This document shows, piece by piece, positions 8,118 through 18,288 of a stretch of DNA of 64,000 bases. The stretch's first letter is position 1. Every line of letters starts with the position of its first letter. The position numbers were made by a program, and so were the translations under genes. The notes below the pieces were generated by a model. It saw only the letters and a program-made list of their open reading frames with translations. It was not told where the DNA came from and did not search any database. The DNA comes from a virus: positions 1 through 64,000 of IMG/VR virus record IMGVR_UViG_3300032289_002472, one strand, 5' to 3'.

Positions 8118-8410
8118 ATACAGAATTAATCAAAGAAATTGCAGGTATCATTATGACTGTCTGCTTTATGTTTTGCTACGTACCACAGATTGTTAAGATC
8201 TTTAAAAACAAATCATCCAAAGACGTATCACTGAGTTTAATCCTCATGTCCATTGGAGGATATATCTCAGGAATGGTTTATATGTTCCTGGGAACCTTTG
8301 GGCTGTGGTGGTTCCTCAACTATTGCGTAGGACTAGTTATGTGCTCAATCCTAGTATATGCGTGGCTTAAATTTAACCACACCGATCAAGACGATTGGTG
8401 GGACTACTAA
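8114..8410 (+). CDS. PQ-loop/SemiSWEET family membrane protein
   Basis: YVPQIVKIFKNKSSKDVS, three TM helices. Confidence 0.8.
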   Translation: MNTELIKEIAGIIMTVCFMFCYVPQIVKIFKNKSSKDVSLSLILMSIGGYISGMVYMFLGTFGLWWFLNYCVGLVMCSILVYAWLKFNHTDQDDWWDY

Positions 8411-9870
8411 AAATTTAAGTACTGAGAAGCACCCTGCTGCTGCTGTGGCTGTGTCTGTGGCGTGTTGATCTCAGCCGACTCTTCTACGTCGGTAAATAAG
8501 CGACGAGGAGTTGGGAAAGCCACCACTGATTGACTCATTTGAATTGGGTTGATGTATTCAACCTTATTAGTCTTACGATTCTTTACTGGGAAGTAAATAT
8601 TCCCATCATTGCCTTTTCTAGCAACCATTGAGAAACGTTGATCTACACCAATGTTCTTAGACTCAGAACTTCTAATAGGATCAATGACCATTACCTGACT
8701 AGGAGAAACATTTCTACTGGAAATTGGAATAGCATCAGAAGATGTAATGGCTCCCTCACCAGTCTGAACTACCCTCTTCTGATAGTCATAGATTTCAAGA
8801 GGATTAATTCCTGAAATGTGATTGCTCAAGCTATTGCCTACAATCAATCCTTCTAGCTGTGAAGTAAAATACCCAGGCCTCATTCCCTTGAGAGTCCTGT
8901 TGTACGTAGAACGATAAAGAAGATCTCGACTAAGACGGCCAGCATCTTTTTTTACTCTTTCGCTAAACAAATCTTCTGGTCCAACAAAGTTTTTATTGGC
9001 CATGCTGTCACGATCATCTTCTTCTTCTAAACCTTTTTGAATATTTAAAAGCTTTTGGCTGGCCCTTAAGATTAATCCAGGGCTGAGATTCTTTTCTGCA
9101 ACTCCAAGAGTTCTACTTCCAACCTCTGGATCAATCTCACTCTTCTTCAGCTCTCCTAAAAGATCGGTTACCTTGGTTTTTTCATCAGCATCAAGTTTGG
9201 CCTTACGCCCCATCAGCTTATCGTAAAACTTAGAGAATGATTTGTTGTCATCCTGGTCTTTATTGATGTCTAAAATTTCAGGGCCCCAATACTTCATGAT
9301 TTCATCATCTTGAACACCCATTCCTTTTAATACTGGATAAAGTTTAATGCGGCTTTTACCAATCATGACACGATACACACCAGTTTCTGGCTCCATAAAT
9401 ATACGCATACCTGCGCCAGTTCCTGCAACAGTGTTTACGTGACTTTCCAGTTCTCCGTTTTCTTTACGTCTAGCATAGATTCCAGGCTTTAATCTTTGCT
9501 GTCCTGCAACAAGGCTGTACTCACTGCCACCGTTGATAAAAGTTCCTCTGTGAGTCATCCAGGGCACCCTGGAGAGCACTCCCTCAAACTCATCTAATGG
9601 CTCCCCCGTTTTTTTATCTAACAGAGATATCTTACCCATCAAAGGTGCAGACAGCTTTCCTCCGGTGAGGATGGCTTTCTTCTCGTCAGCCAAGGTATAT
9701 GGCTTTTTAAGGTCGTATCTTAAATTAGACGCCTCGATACGAACCTTATCGTTTTCTATGGGAAACTTGTTTTGATAGGATTCTAAAACCCTATCCATTA
9801 TTTCCTGTCTTAGCTCGCTTGGATTGTCGAACCCACGGAGTTTAATTCCCTTGGGAACAATGGCGTCCAT
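8407..9870 (-). CDS. phage RNA polymerase beta subunit, N-terminal half (split RpoB-like)
   Basis: VPWMTHRGTFINGGSEY, DDRDSMANK, INPLE..KRV...GEGAI, RNVSPSQ..IDPIRSSESKNIG match RpoB blocks. Confidence 0.85.
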   Translation of the reverse strand: MDAIVPKGIKLRGFDNPSELRQEIMDRVLESYQNKFPIENDKVRIEASNLRYDLKKPYTLADEKKAILTGGKLSAPLMGKISLLDKKTGEPLDEFEGVLSRVPWMTHRGTFINGGSEYSLVAGQQRLKPGIYARRKENGELESHVNTVAGTGAGMRIFMEPETGVYRVMIGKSRIKLYPVLKGMGVQDDEIMKYWGPEILDINKDQDDNKSFSKFYDKLMGRKAKLDADEKTKVTDLLGELKKSEIDPEVGSRTLGVAEKNLSPGLILRASQKLLNIQKGLEEEDDRDSMANKNFVGPEDLFSERVKKDAGRLSRDLLYRSTYNRTLKGMRPGYFTSQLEGLIVGNSLSNHISGINPLEIYDYQKRVVQTGEGAITSSDAIPISSRNVSPSQVMVIDPIRSSESKNIGVDQRFSMVARKGNDGNIYFPVKNRKTNKVEYINPIQMSQSVVAFPTPRRLFTDVEESAEINTPQTQPQQQQGASQYLNF

Positions 9871-10922
9871 TATTTTTTGATATTCATTCCAAGAGCAAAG
9901 CTCTTGAGGATTTTATCCTTATGTTGTTCCAAGATTTTGAGAGCTTCTGGATCTAAAGCATCAATTGTAGAATTGCCCCCCTCAGTTAAAATAACATAAG
10001 TATTATCATCAATCTTTTGAAGATCTAACTCATCATCTACAACCTTTTCTTTTCTTTTAACAATTCCGTCATCCTCGGTTTTAGGTACTGATGGCATTTT
10101 GGAAACTTCTTCAACAATCTTTTGCATTGCTGCATCTTCCAGGAATGCCCCTTTCTCCAGAAGAAGCTCAGGATTGTTTTCATCAGCGTTATTCTTTACA
10201 GCTACTGGCTTTGTCACAACTTTGATATTTTCTGGAGTGCGCTTCATGCTTTCTGCCTCTTCCTTCTCAATCGCACGTTGAATATCTTTTTTGCGGTTGT
10301 AATAAAGATAGTGTCCACCCACCAATCCCGCAACTAAAGGTAGCCCAAAAAGAAAGGATGTAGCCACAGTCCCCTTATTGGCCTCAGGGGCTTGAGCTTC
10401 CTTTAACTTGATAACACTAAGTGCTGCAGTCTTTCTATTTTCTTCTACAGGCACAGACTTTACAGCCTCAACAACAGACAGAACTAAACCATCTAATGTT
10501 GGGAACTCTGTAGCTGACTTTTGAGGTGCCAGCTCTTGAGCAAGATAGTTACTATATTGCTTCTTAGTAGATTCAAGCTCTCTGTCCAATACTTCTTGTC
10601 TTTTCTTTCTTAAAATCTTATCTACAACATAATACCCTAAACCAAAGCCGCCAGCGATAGAGCCAGCAATTGCTGGTGTGTCTAACGCAATCCCCCAATT
10701 GGCTTTTTTAGATTCAGCTTGTTTAGGAACTGGAACCTCAATTACAAGCTCAGATGGTTTTTCTTTTACCTGTTCTTGTTTTTGCTTTTCCTTGTATAGA
10801 GAAATTAAGTGAGCAAGCCCCGCAACACCCGCCCCAGTAAACATGGTGGGAACGCCATACTGCTTAAATCTATCCAGTAAATATGATTTTAAATCCTCGG
10901 AACTTGCTTCTTTCTTAACCAT
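9870..10922 (-). CDS. putative virion internal protein
   Basis: Multiple K-x-A motifs; Gly/Ala hydrophobic segments. Confidence 0.5.
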   Translation of the reverse strand: MVKKEASSEDLKSYLLDRFKQYGVPTMFTGAGVAGLAHLISLYKEKQKQEQVKEKPSELVIEVPVPKQAESKKANWGIALDTPAIAGSIAGGFGLGYYVVDKILRKKRQEVLDRELESTKKQYSNYLAQELAPQKSATEFPTLDGLVLSVVEAVKSVPVEENRKTAALSVIKLKEAQAPEANKGTVATSFLFGLPLVAGLVGGHYLYYNRKKDIQRAIEKEEAESMKRTPENIKVVTKPVAVKNNADENNPELLLEKGAFLEDAAMQKIVEEVSKMPSVPKTEDDGIVKRKEKVVDDELDLQKIDDNTYVILTEGGNSTIDALDPEALKILEQHKDKILKSFALGMNIKK

Positions 10923-10967
10923 AGTATTTAAATTATATTGAAATGTTTCTGAATAGTCCAGTGTGGA

Positions 10968-11453
10968 CTATTTGTTTTTAGCCGCCTTGGACACTACCTT
11001 AAATCCGGTACCCTTAGAAACTAAATACTCTTCTGGCTTTGATGTTTTGATTGTAACGATTGCTCTGTATCCAGAACTGGCATTAGGATCAATCAAGATA
11101 ATTGGGTCTTTGATGGGTTCAGCCAAGATTAAACCATTCTCTGGATTAAATACCTGATCTAATATTTTTTCGTATTGTTCTTTGTTCTTCTTGTCTGTGA
11201 GATCAAAAACAAATACCTGGTTGTTTGTAAATTTAAGTTTTTTCTCTACAGGATCTTTTTTCTTAATAAACTCCTGTTGAGCGCTTCCACCCCCAAAGGC
11301 TGCTCCATTAAATTCTGGCTGAGGTAGGGAAAACTCTTCTTTAAAGGATTCAGGCCTATTCCCAACAATTACGTTAAGTGCGTCCTGAATGTCTTTTGGT
11401 AGTTCTTTAAATTCTTTTTCTGCGTCTTGTTCGTGTGTGGTTGTGTCGTTCAT
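10968..11453 (-). CDS. hypothetical protein
   Basis: ORF in structural block. Confidence 0.65.
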   Translation of the reverse strand: MNDTTTHEQDAEKEFKELPKDIQDALNVIVGNRPESFKEEFSLPQPEFNGAAFGGGSAQQEFIKKKDPVEKKLKFTNNQVFVFDLTDKKNKEQYEKILDQVFNPENGLILAEPIKDPIILIDPNASSGYRAIVTIKTSKPEEYLVSKGTGFKVVSKAAKNK

Positions 11454-11854
11454 ACAGATCCGATTTCAGATGTATCCTCAAGTCTATTCACTTGATTATT
11501 CTTAAGATCTTTAATCATTCTCTTGTAAGCTTCAAGCTTTGCTTTTGACTGCCTCATTTCAGGGTCGTCATTGTTCTCAAGGGTTTGCTCAAATTGATGT
11601 CTGGCTTCGGCAGAGCCTATTCCAAGTAATCCTCCCGCTGCAAAAAGACCAATTGGAATACCCATTGTCAGCGTTTTTGCCGCCCCCACTAAAGGATTGG
11701 CAATCTTAGCTAACACATCTTCAGCCTGTTTAGGTCTCAATCCGTATTCGCTCATGGCACGACAAAGACCCAGCTTAATGGATCTAGCCATTTGCTCAGA
11801 CTCGTTTTCTTTATTAATTTCTTCGATTAAAGTACTCATAAAATTAGTATACAT
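11450..11854 (-). CDS. putative virion protein
   Basis: K-x-A motifs, Gly-rich hydrophobic helix. Confidence 0.5.
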   Translation of the reverse strand: MYTNFMSTLIEEINKENESEQMARSIKLGLCRAMSEYGLRPKQAEDVLAKIANPLVGAAKTLTMGIPIGLFAAGGLLGIGSAEARHQFEQTLENNDDPEMRQSKAKLEAYKRMIKDLKNNQVNRLEDTSEIGSV

Positions 11855-13370
11855 AATATCCGCCAGGTTGCCAAGACGGTCCACTCTTTCTTCCCATGCT
11901 TCCTAAACCTCCTCCAATGGCCATAGAAGCTACTGTGCCAAGAGGTCCAAATCCAACAAGCTTTGATGTTGCATAACCGATTAACATCCCAAGACCCATA
12001 CCCCTCAACTGATTGACATTTATAGAGCTCCCTGGAGCCTTCCTCAAAGCTGCTCTAGCTTGAGCAATAAGAACGTTTCTGTCTCCTTGAGTAAGTGTAG
12101 GGTCAGCCCCTAAAATGCTTTGAAGTGCGATAAGATCTACGGTTTGATTTCCAGAAGAAAACGCAAGCTTATCTGAAGATTCTTTAAGCATGTCTTGTTC
12201 ACTCAATGATTTATTTTTATCTTTAATTAATTTATGTGAATTAATTAATTGTGTTTCTTTTGTTTTTTCTAGATTTAATTGATTAAGCCTTTGAGCGTTT
12301 TGTTCTCTTTCTCTGGCTGCTCTCTGAACAGCTTCACGAGCTGCAACGATTTTAGGTGTTTCGGGAATTTGAAATGTGTTTGGCGTTGGTGGTGCGTGAG
12401 GAGTGCCCAATCTTGATGGAGTAGTTTTTAACTCAGCTCTACTAAAAGTGTTGGGCGTGGTTTTAAGTTCGGCTCTAAATCCCTCAAAAGCGTTCTTTTT
12501 CTTATGCGGCTGCAATGCATCGTAATAAGATGGGGCAGTATAAAATTTTGGATCAAAAATAAACTGTTTGCCTTGCTCCATATTATTTAAATGCCTGAGT
12601 CTTTCAGATTCTGCCATGTACTTTGGATCACCCATGTATTGAAATGCGGCAGATCCCAGTCCACCAATTCCAGCTCCCATCAATGCTTTTTGTAATATAG
12701 AAAACTGATTGTTTTCCTTGCCATATCTCCAATCGTCGTAAAGTCCTTTGAGTCCCCCTAAACCAAGTCCAATTCCTGCAGAAGCTAGTGCACCCCCAAA
12801 ACCTCCCGTAAGTGGATAGGTTAGTTTATTTACCATATCACCGACAGATGCCGACTGACTGGCTTTTTTGACATTATATTTCTCTGTAATATTTTTTACA
12901 AAATTTTGTACAGTAGTGTTTGGATGCTTTCGTGGAATGATAGACCATTTTTTGGGATTTTCTGAATCCCTTTCAAGCTGGAATGTCATGTTGGTTTTGC
13001 CTGTCTGAAATGTTCCAAGAATGTTGTCATTCTTTGACTTGTGAATTTGAGCTCTACCAACATACGAGTTTCCACCCACACCAAAATCATCTACTTCAGT
13101 ATCTGGAAGCCTTTTAGCAACAATAGGTTTATCTTTCTGGTCAGATTGCTCTAACTGAAAATTTAATGTTCTATTGTTAATCAAAAAAGACAGTACCCTG
13201 TTTCCATCTCCACCCTCAGTAAGAGAAAAGTCCCACATCTTAGAATTCTTAATCTCAGGAAAACCTGAGTAAGTTTCTCTAGAGCGGGTTTGAGAAGACA
13301 GGGCAAAAGACCCTAACTCAACAGGCTTGAGAAGGGTCTCTAAATCTTCTTTGTTCAGTGATTGATTCAT
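11844..13370 (-). CDS. putative virion internal protein
   Basis: Glycine-zipper segments after K-x-A motifs. Confidence 0.5.
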   Translation of the reverse strand: MNQSLNKEDLETLLKPVELGSFALSSQTRSRETYSGFPEIKNSKMWDFSLTEGGDGNRVLSFLINNRTLNFQLEQSDQKDKPIVAKRLPDTEVDDFGVGGNSYVGRAQIHKSKNDNILGTFQTGKTNMTFQLERDSENPKKWSIIPRKHPNTTVQNFVKNITEKYNVKKASQSASVGDMVNKLTYPLTGGFGGALASAGIGLGLGGLKGLYDDWRYGKENNQFSILQKALMGAGIGGLGSAAFQYMGDPKYMAESERLRHLNNMEQGKQFIFDPKFYTAPSYYDALQPHKKKNAFEGFRAELKTTPNTFSRAELKTTPSRLGTPHAPPTPNTFQIPETPKIVAAREAVQRAAREREQNAQRLNQLNLEKTKETQLINSHKLIKDKNKSLSEQDMLKESSDKLAFSSGNQTVDLIALQSILGADPTLTQGDRNVLIAQARAALRKAPGSSINVNQLRGMGLGMLIGYATSKLVGFGPLGTVASMAIGGGLGSMGRKSGPSWQPGGYYVY

Positions 13371-14159
13371 CTATGATGATTGAAACCACTGTGAATTACG
13401 TTTTCTGAGCTCCTTCATAAGGTCTTGCCCAACTGCCGTATTGTCCATCAAGAGTTTTCCACCGCCAGCAGCTGCCAAGCCACCCAAACCAGCTCCCCAC
13501 CATGGCATATCTTTGCCGCCCACCGCTTTGGTTGCTAATGCACCAGTCAATCCTATTGTGAGCAATGGGGCAATGGTGTGCATATTATCTTTAAGATAAC
13601 CCAAAGCCTTTCCACCAAAATCTTTAAGCGTGGTGCCAAGATTTCCAAAAGCAGAGCCTACATCATTCATGAATCCTTTTCTAGCCCCTTGCTGTACTTT
13701 GTTGCCTGCATACTCAAGCCCACTGTCCACAAGCCCCTTGACGGTTTTTCCAGCCTCAGAAACATTTCCAACAATATTTCCTGGAAGACGGTTGTAAACG
13801 CCTTTAATAGTATCCCATACTCCTGCCTCTTTCTGTCCAATCTCCTCAAGAGAAATCAACAATTTAAGTTCTTCAATTTTGTCATTGGCCAACTTTAATT
13901 CTTCTGACCAAACCGTTTCTGCGGCTACTTTATCAGAAGCATTTTCAATAGACCATTCCGCGCCTCGTTCGCAAATATGTTGAATTAAACCAAGGGCCAT
14001 AGCTGGTGATAAGTTGGCCTCTTTCTCTAAGAAATCTACAAAACCATTACACAAATCAATTTGTGCCTGCTTCTCTGTAAGGTCAAAGTCTTTTTGAGCT
14101 AACTGAGCTACTTTGTGGAAAACTTTAGACGAAAAATCTGGTGTAATCTTAAAATTCAT
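13371..14159 (-). CDS. putative virion internal protein
   Basis: HKVA, EKQA, EKEA, DKVA, QKEA motifs. Confidence 0.5.
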   Translation of the reverse strand: MNFKITPDFSSKVFHKVAQLAQKDFDLTEKQAQIDLCNGFVDFLEKEANLSPAMALGLIQHICERGAEWSIENASDKVAAETVWSEELKLANDKIEELKLLISLEEIGQKEAGVWDTIKGVYNRLPGNIVGNVSEAGKTVKGLVDSGLEYAGNKVQQGARKGFMNDVGSAFGNLGTTLKDFGGKALGYLKDNMHTIAPLLTIGLTGALATKAVGGKDMPWWGAGLGGLAAAGGGKLLMDNTAVGQDLMKELRKRNSQWFQSS

Positions 14160-14215
14160 ATCCTATATAATGCACCAAGAATTGGTGCGTTTCTACCAAA
14201 AAATTTGGTTATTTG

Positions 14216-14243
14216 ATGATCACGAAATTTGTTTCGTGATCAG
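14216..14243. terminator. hairpin after portal-like gene
   Basis: TGATCACGAAA-TTTG-TTTCGTGATCA. Confidence 0.45.
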
Positions 14244-15977
14244 TTACTGAATTGGGACATTTTGTACCACTTCTGGTAATGCTTGCTGCATTCCCATAGA
14301 TCTAGCTTGATTTCTTAGTTGATCCATCTTTTTCAAGATAAGAGCATGCAATGTATCGTTGCTATTTCTAATGGCAGTTAACTGTCTACGTCTTTCCGTC
14401 TCTGGCATTTCTAACAACTGTCTAGCCATTTGATCTGCTTCCTGGTTGACGTTCTCAGGCGTTACTTGGCCATCTCCAGATTGTCCGTTTGGATCCTCTG
14501 GATTGATAAGCCCCATCTGAGACATTTCCATCTCTTCCTGCATTTTCTGAGACTCTTCTTGTTCTCTTCTTTGCTCTTCAAGGATTTTCTTAAACTCTTC
14601 AGTTGGATTAGGAATGCCCATTGGGGACATTGCCGTTTCCTTACTGATGAGATTGGCTGACATCGCTTGAAGCCTCCAGGCTTTGTTTTCAATGTCGTCA
14701 ATAATCTTAACCGACTCAAGTTCACACTCGTAATCTCCGCTACCCATATAGGAAGATATTTTAGATACACAATCTTGAGAAAGAAGGTTAAATCCTCTGA
14801 TAAGGTTTGACCAGCCACGTTCAAATACGCGAAGGCTAATCGGTGCAGCCTGAAGTGTCATGGTGCTGCGATAGAGTTCAGGGGGAATGCCTCTACCGTT
14901 GAGCATACGATCTTCCTCGTCACGAATTTGATCTACTGGTGCAAGGTTTCTGCCCTCTCCACCGACAGCTTGATAAGTAACTGGGAATGGGAAAAAGTTC
15001 CAGTCAGTTCCATCTGCTCTGTGCCTTACAACTGCGTCTTGCATTTGTTCGACCCAGTTTTTCATTAAATTGTTATAGATAGAATTTCCTTCAGTGTAAT
15101 TACCTTGCGCTGGGCTGATAATACGAATGGGAACGATGTAATCCATCATGAGAACTTCGTTGTAACGACGAAGAACCTGAAGTCTAAAAAAGTTTTTGAA
15201 GCTAGAGAGAATAGCAGGAAGTCCCCATCCACCGAGCCACAAACCAGAAAGGTATGGCTCTCTTAGGTGATGAACATGATTAGGCTTAAACTTAAACAAA
15301 GACTGTTTCTTGATTGCTTGCAAGAAAGGTAGTGGGGTGGTTTTAAGGTAAAACTCATCCCCACCTAAAACACCCGTTTTAATTTCCTGTGGAACCTCTG
15401 TGTAATACTCCGTGTGATGGGTCAATCTATTAGCCTTAATGGTAATATGTTTAGGGTTCCATCTGACTAACTTAATCCCCTTGCTATCCTTCTTTTTGTA
15501 GTCTTTGGCAAAGTGTTTAGTGTCTCCACCACACTTAGGGCAATAAGTCAGAAAGTTTCCGTCATTTGCGTCGTAAGAAAAGTTAACGTGCTCAATATTG
15601 ACTTCTCTGCGGCACTTAGAACAAATAAGCACTCTAGTAAAAGGAAGTGAAATAGTTGCAAATGAATTACCATAGCACATGAAGTCATTGCCAACCGCCT
15701 GAAGTGTTCCCATTAAGTCGAAGTCATTGTTAATGAGCTTTTCAAACTTCTTTCTTTCTTCGTCAGCTTGTCCACTAAACTTTAAGTCAGTGAGAAAATA
15801 GTTAACGATTCTTTCGCTAGCTTTTCTATATGTAGAGTCATTGACGTACAAGAATTCACATAGCTCCAGTGCGCTTACAATGGTCCTTGGAGCATAGCTA
15901 GAAGCAAGGTCGATCCATGGATTCATAAATCCACTAGGACCCGACCCCATATTATTGCCGAGTACGTCGATGTTCAT
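14244..15977 (-). CDS. putative portal protein with Zn-ribbon insertion
   Basis: 577 aa; WNPKHI, HHLRE...GWGLP portal-like motifs; CSKC/CPKC; coiled C-terminus. Confidence 0.6.
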   Translation of the reverse strand: MNIDVLGNNMGSGPSGFMNPWIDLASSYAPRTIVSALELCEFLYVNDSTYRKASERIVNYFLTDLKFSGQADEERKKFEKLINNDFDLMGTLQAVGNDFMCYGNSFATISLPFTRVLICSKCRREVNIEHVNFSYDANDGNFLTYCPKCGGDTKHFAKDYKKKDSKGIKLVRWNPKHITIKANRLTHHTEYYTEVPQEIKTGVLGGDEFYLKTTPLPFLQAIKKQSLFKFKPNHVHHLREPYLSGLWLGGWGLPAILSSFKNFFRLQVLRRYNEVLMMDYIVPIRIISPAQGNYTEGNSIYNNLMKNWVEQMQDAVVRHRADGTDWNFFPFPVTYQAVGGEGRNLAPVDQIRDEEDRMLNGRGIPPELYRSTMTLQAAPISLRVFERGWSNLIRGFNLLSQDCVSKISSYMGSGDYECELESVKIIDDIENKAWRLQAMSANLISKETAMSPMGIPNPTEEFKKILEEQRREQEESQKMQEEMEMSQMGLINPEDPNGQSGDGQVTPENVNQEADQMARQLLEMPETERRRQLTAIRNSNDTLHALILKKMDQLRNQARSMGMQQALPEVVQNVPIQ

Positions 15978-16141
15978 TAGGCGTTGATGCTATCTATCAA
16001 TGCTTCCTTATCCAGCTTTTTTTCAGAACGGGAAATAATGGATTCTTCTCCCGTCTCTTGATCGTCGCATTCAAACGCCACCTTCTCAGAACTTTCTTCC
16101 GTAGGCGTTACATCTTCTCTAATAATTCCAAGCTTTTGCAT
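15977..16141 (-). CDS. small hypothetical protein (54 aa, not in ORF track)
   Basis: MQKLGIIREDVTPTEESSEKVAF..., coupled to portal-like start. Confidence 0.55.
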   Translation of the reverse strand: MQKLGIIREDVTPTEESSEKVAFECDDQETGEESIISRSEKKLDKEALIDSINA

Positions 16142-16142
16142 A

Positions 16143-16409
16143 TTAAATTAATCCAATCTGTTGGGCTTTTTGTTCTTTGTCTTCGCGAGTTGGGCTTGGC
16201 TCTTTTTTTACCAAAAATTCAGTAATGTCTCCACCAATGTCTGGAATCTCTACATATCCAGGATCTGCCTTTGGTTTATTTTCTGGGACGCTTTCTGTTT
16301 CCTTGTCTTTAAGTCCTACCTCAACTGATCCTTGGTTTTCAGCCTTCTTGGAAAGTACCGATTCCAATAATTCTATTGGAAATTGAAAGTTTGGTATATT
16401 ATTTTCCAT
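16143..16409 (-). CDS. hypothetical protein
   Basis: ORF in operon. Confidence 0.6.
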   Translation of the reverse strand: MENNIPNFQFPIELLESVLSKKAENQGSVEVGLKDKETESVPENKPKADPGYVEIPDIGGDITEFLVKKEPSPTREDKEQKAQQIGLI

Positions 16410-16418
16410 ATTTTAAAG

Positions 16419-16967
16419 TTATACTTCTTCGTTGTTTTCGTCCATCACAAAAAATATGGACAATACAGAGTTAAGGGCTGTCACAGGGATGTAAACCCCA
16501 CTTGCATACAGGTGATAGGTTTGCCCGTTATAGATGGCATCAAGCTGGGCACCCCTTTTGGGCTTTATACGAACTCTATCTTCTTGAGGGCTTATAATTG
16601 AGAAAACAGTTTCATTAACAAATACTTCTGAAGCCAAGATCTCTACCTCAGTGTAGGGTGTAACAAAAACTACCGGTAATGTACTGCTTGCAATAGGAAA
16701 AATTTCTTCTGCTGTAGACTCTGCAACTTCCTCTTGCTTCACTCTCTTTTTCTCCTGAGCTTCTTCCGCGATCTCTACAATATTCTTGGGCATGGCAGTG
16801 CGCTTAGCCTTTTTAGCTGACTTGGAGGTATTGTCTACCTCAGTTCTGCTAAATGTTTTCAAGTCAAGAACCTCAAAGGTGGGTGGAATGTTATTGTGCC
16901 GCTCTGCAAGTTGTTGAGCGGCATTTTTAAGTACCGAGTATCCAGGAAGTGTGTTTGCAGATGCCAT
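16419..16967 (-). CDS. hypothetical protein
   Basis: ORF in operon. Confidence 0.6.
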   Translation of the reverse strand: MASANTLPGYSVLKNAAQQLAERHNNIPPTFEVLDLKTFSRTEVDNTSKSAKKAKRTAMPKNIVEIAEEAQEKKRVKQEEVAESTAEEIFPIASSTLPVVFVTPYTEVEILASEVFVNETVFSIISPQEDRVRIKPKRGAQLDAIYNGQTYHLYASGVYIPVTALNSVLSIFFVMDENNEEV

Positions 16968-16968
16968 A

Positions 16969-17211
16969 TTACCAAAACCAAATCTCAAAAGACGTAGCTA
17001 CCGTCTTAGGTTTATTAAACTGTTTAATGTCTTGAATCACTCTGGAAGAAACTATTATTTCAAAAGGATGTTTTATTAAGGAGTGTCGTACCTCGACTTG
17101 ATGAGTTCCACCCTCAATACCTCTTGTGTTGTCAGTTGAATAGGATCCTTTAACTTCAAGGTTTTTGCAACCTACCAATAATAAAGCAATTGGTAAAAGA
17201 TATTTTAGCAT
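16969..17211 (-). CDS. putative lipoprotein
   Basis: LLLVGC lipobox. Confidence 0.55.
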   Translation of the reverse strand: MLKYLLPIALLLVGCKNLEVKGSYSTDNTRGIEGGTHQVEVRHSLIKHPFEIIVSSRVIQDIKQFNKPKTVATSFEIWFW

Positions 17212-17546
17212 CTTGTTGGATAGCGAAACGACCAGTCAAGTTGCCAATCTTCTTCTAGTTCATTGGTCGTTTCACTAAGGCCAAAACCATAGTCAAAGCG
17301 CATGCCTTCGTCAAACAAAGTTTCTCTAATACCATCAATCATTTTGCGCTGTTTATGGTCAGCAGGATAAAACACTACGTTACACCACTGGTCAGCATCA
17401 GCTCTTTCTAAGTCTTTAGGACTGCTAGATAGTTTTACATTTCCTGGAACCCTTGATGGGTGTATTACGGTTTTAACTCCCCACTTAGCAATATTCATTG
17501 CTGCTTCCATTGCCTTATTGTGTGCTTCATTCGAGGTCATATTCAA
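17205..17546 (-). CDS. hypothetical protein
   Basis: Overlapping operon ORF. Confidence 0.6.
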   Translation of the reverse strand: MNMTSNEAHNKAMEAAMNIAKWGVKTVIHPSRVPGNVKLSSSPKDLERADADQWCNVVFYPADHKQRKMIDGIRETLFDEGMRFDYGFGLSETTNELEEDWQLDWSFRYPTRC

Positions 17547-18288
17547 TTGTTCTTTGTATTGTTGCTTGATCTTGAACAGGAGCTTGTTCGTGCTTTGGTA
17601 TTTCTACCGCATAAGAGGTGGTAAAGCAAATTGGATAAGTTGGATCTTCAATAAATTTTGACAACCCACGCGAAGGAACAAACGAAAACAATGCTTTGCC
17701 CCAATCTAGTTCGTTCTTTTGAGCAAAGCCCCCAACAGTTCCCCACACATCTATGCCAAGCGGTGTCACAACTTGAATAGAGTTTATATCCTTCCACTTC
17801 ATTTCATTCTCACCATTTTTTAAGGTAGTAATATAGAGAATCTTTTTTATGTAAATGGTCGTAGGAGAAAACAAATTACCTGCCCAAAACTTACATCTCT
17901 TCTTAGATTCTGGATCTACCTCTGGTAGGGCAAATCCACTATCAGCCATAAAACGATCCTTGTTCTTTTCTATAACGGCAAGAAAGGACCTAAAGACGTG
18001 AGCCCTATTTTTAATAATAGTAGTAGGGCTCATCTTTTGCTGTGCTCCAGATTGATCTTTCTTAACATTTAAAGAATTGTCTGGATTCAGTATATCATCA
18101 TTCACCGGATAACTATAGACTGTTGTGTGATTTGATTGAGCCCATGGAATAGGGGTGGATGTCGTCGGATACCAACCTGAGATTGATCCATCTGAGGTTG
18201 TTATAGTTGTTGTATAATCTACCTGAGAGGAGAGCTGGCTATATCCAATGGTGTTGTTTGTGCTCATTTTGTTATTACTATGGCACAA
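17527..18288 (-). CDS. hypothetical protein
   Basis: Overlapping operon ORF. Confidence 0.6.
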   Translation of the reverse strand: MCHSNNKMSTNNTIGYSQLSSQVDYTTTITTSDGSISGWYPTTSTPIPWAQSNHTTVYSYPVNDDILNPDNSLNVKKDQSGAQQKMSPTTIIKNRAHVFRSFLAVIEKNKDRFMADSGFALPEVDPESKKRCKFWAGNLFSPTTIYIKKILYITTLKNGENEMKWKDINSIQVVTPLGIDVWGTVGGFAQKNELDWGKALFSFVPSRGLSKFIEDPTYPICFTTSYAVEIPKHEQAPVQDQATIQRTIEYDLE

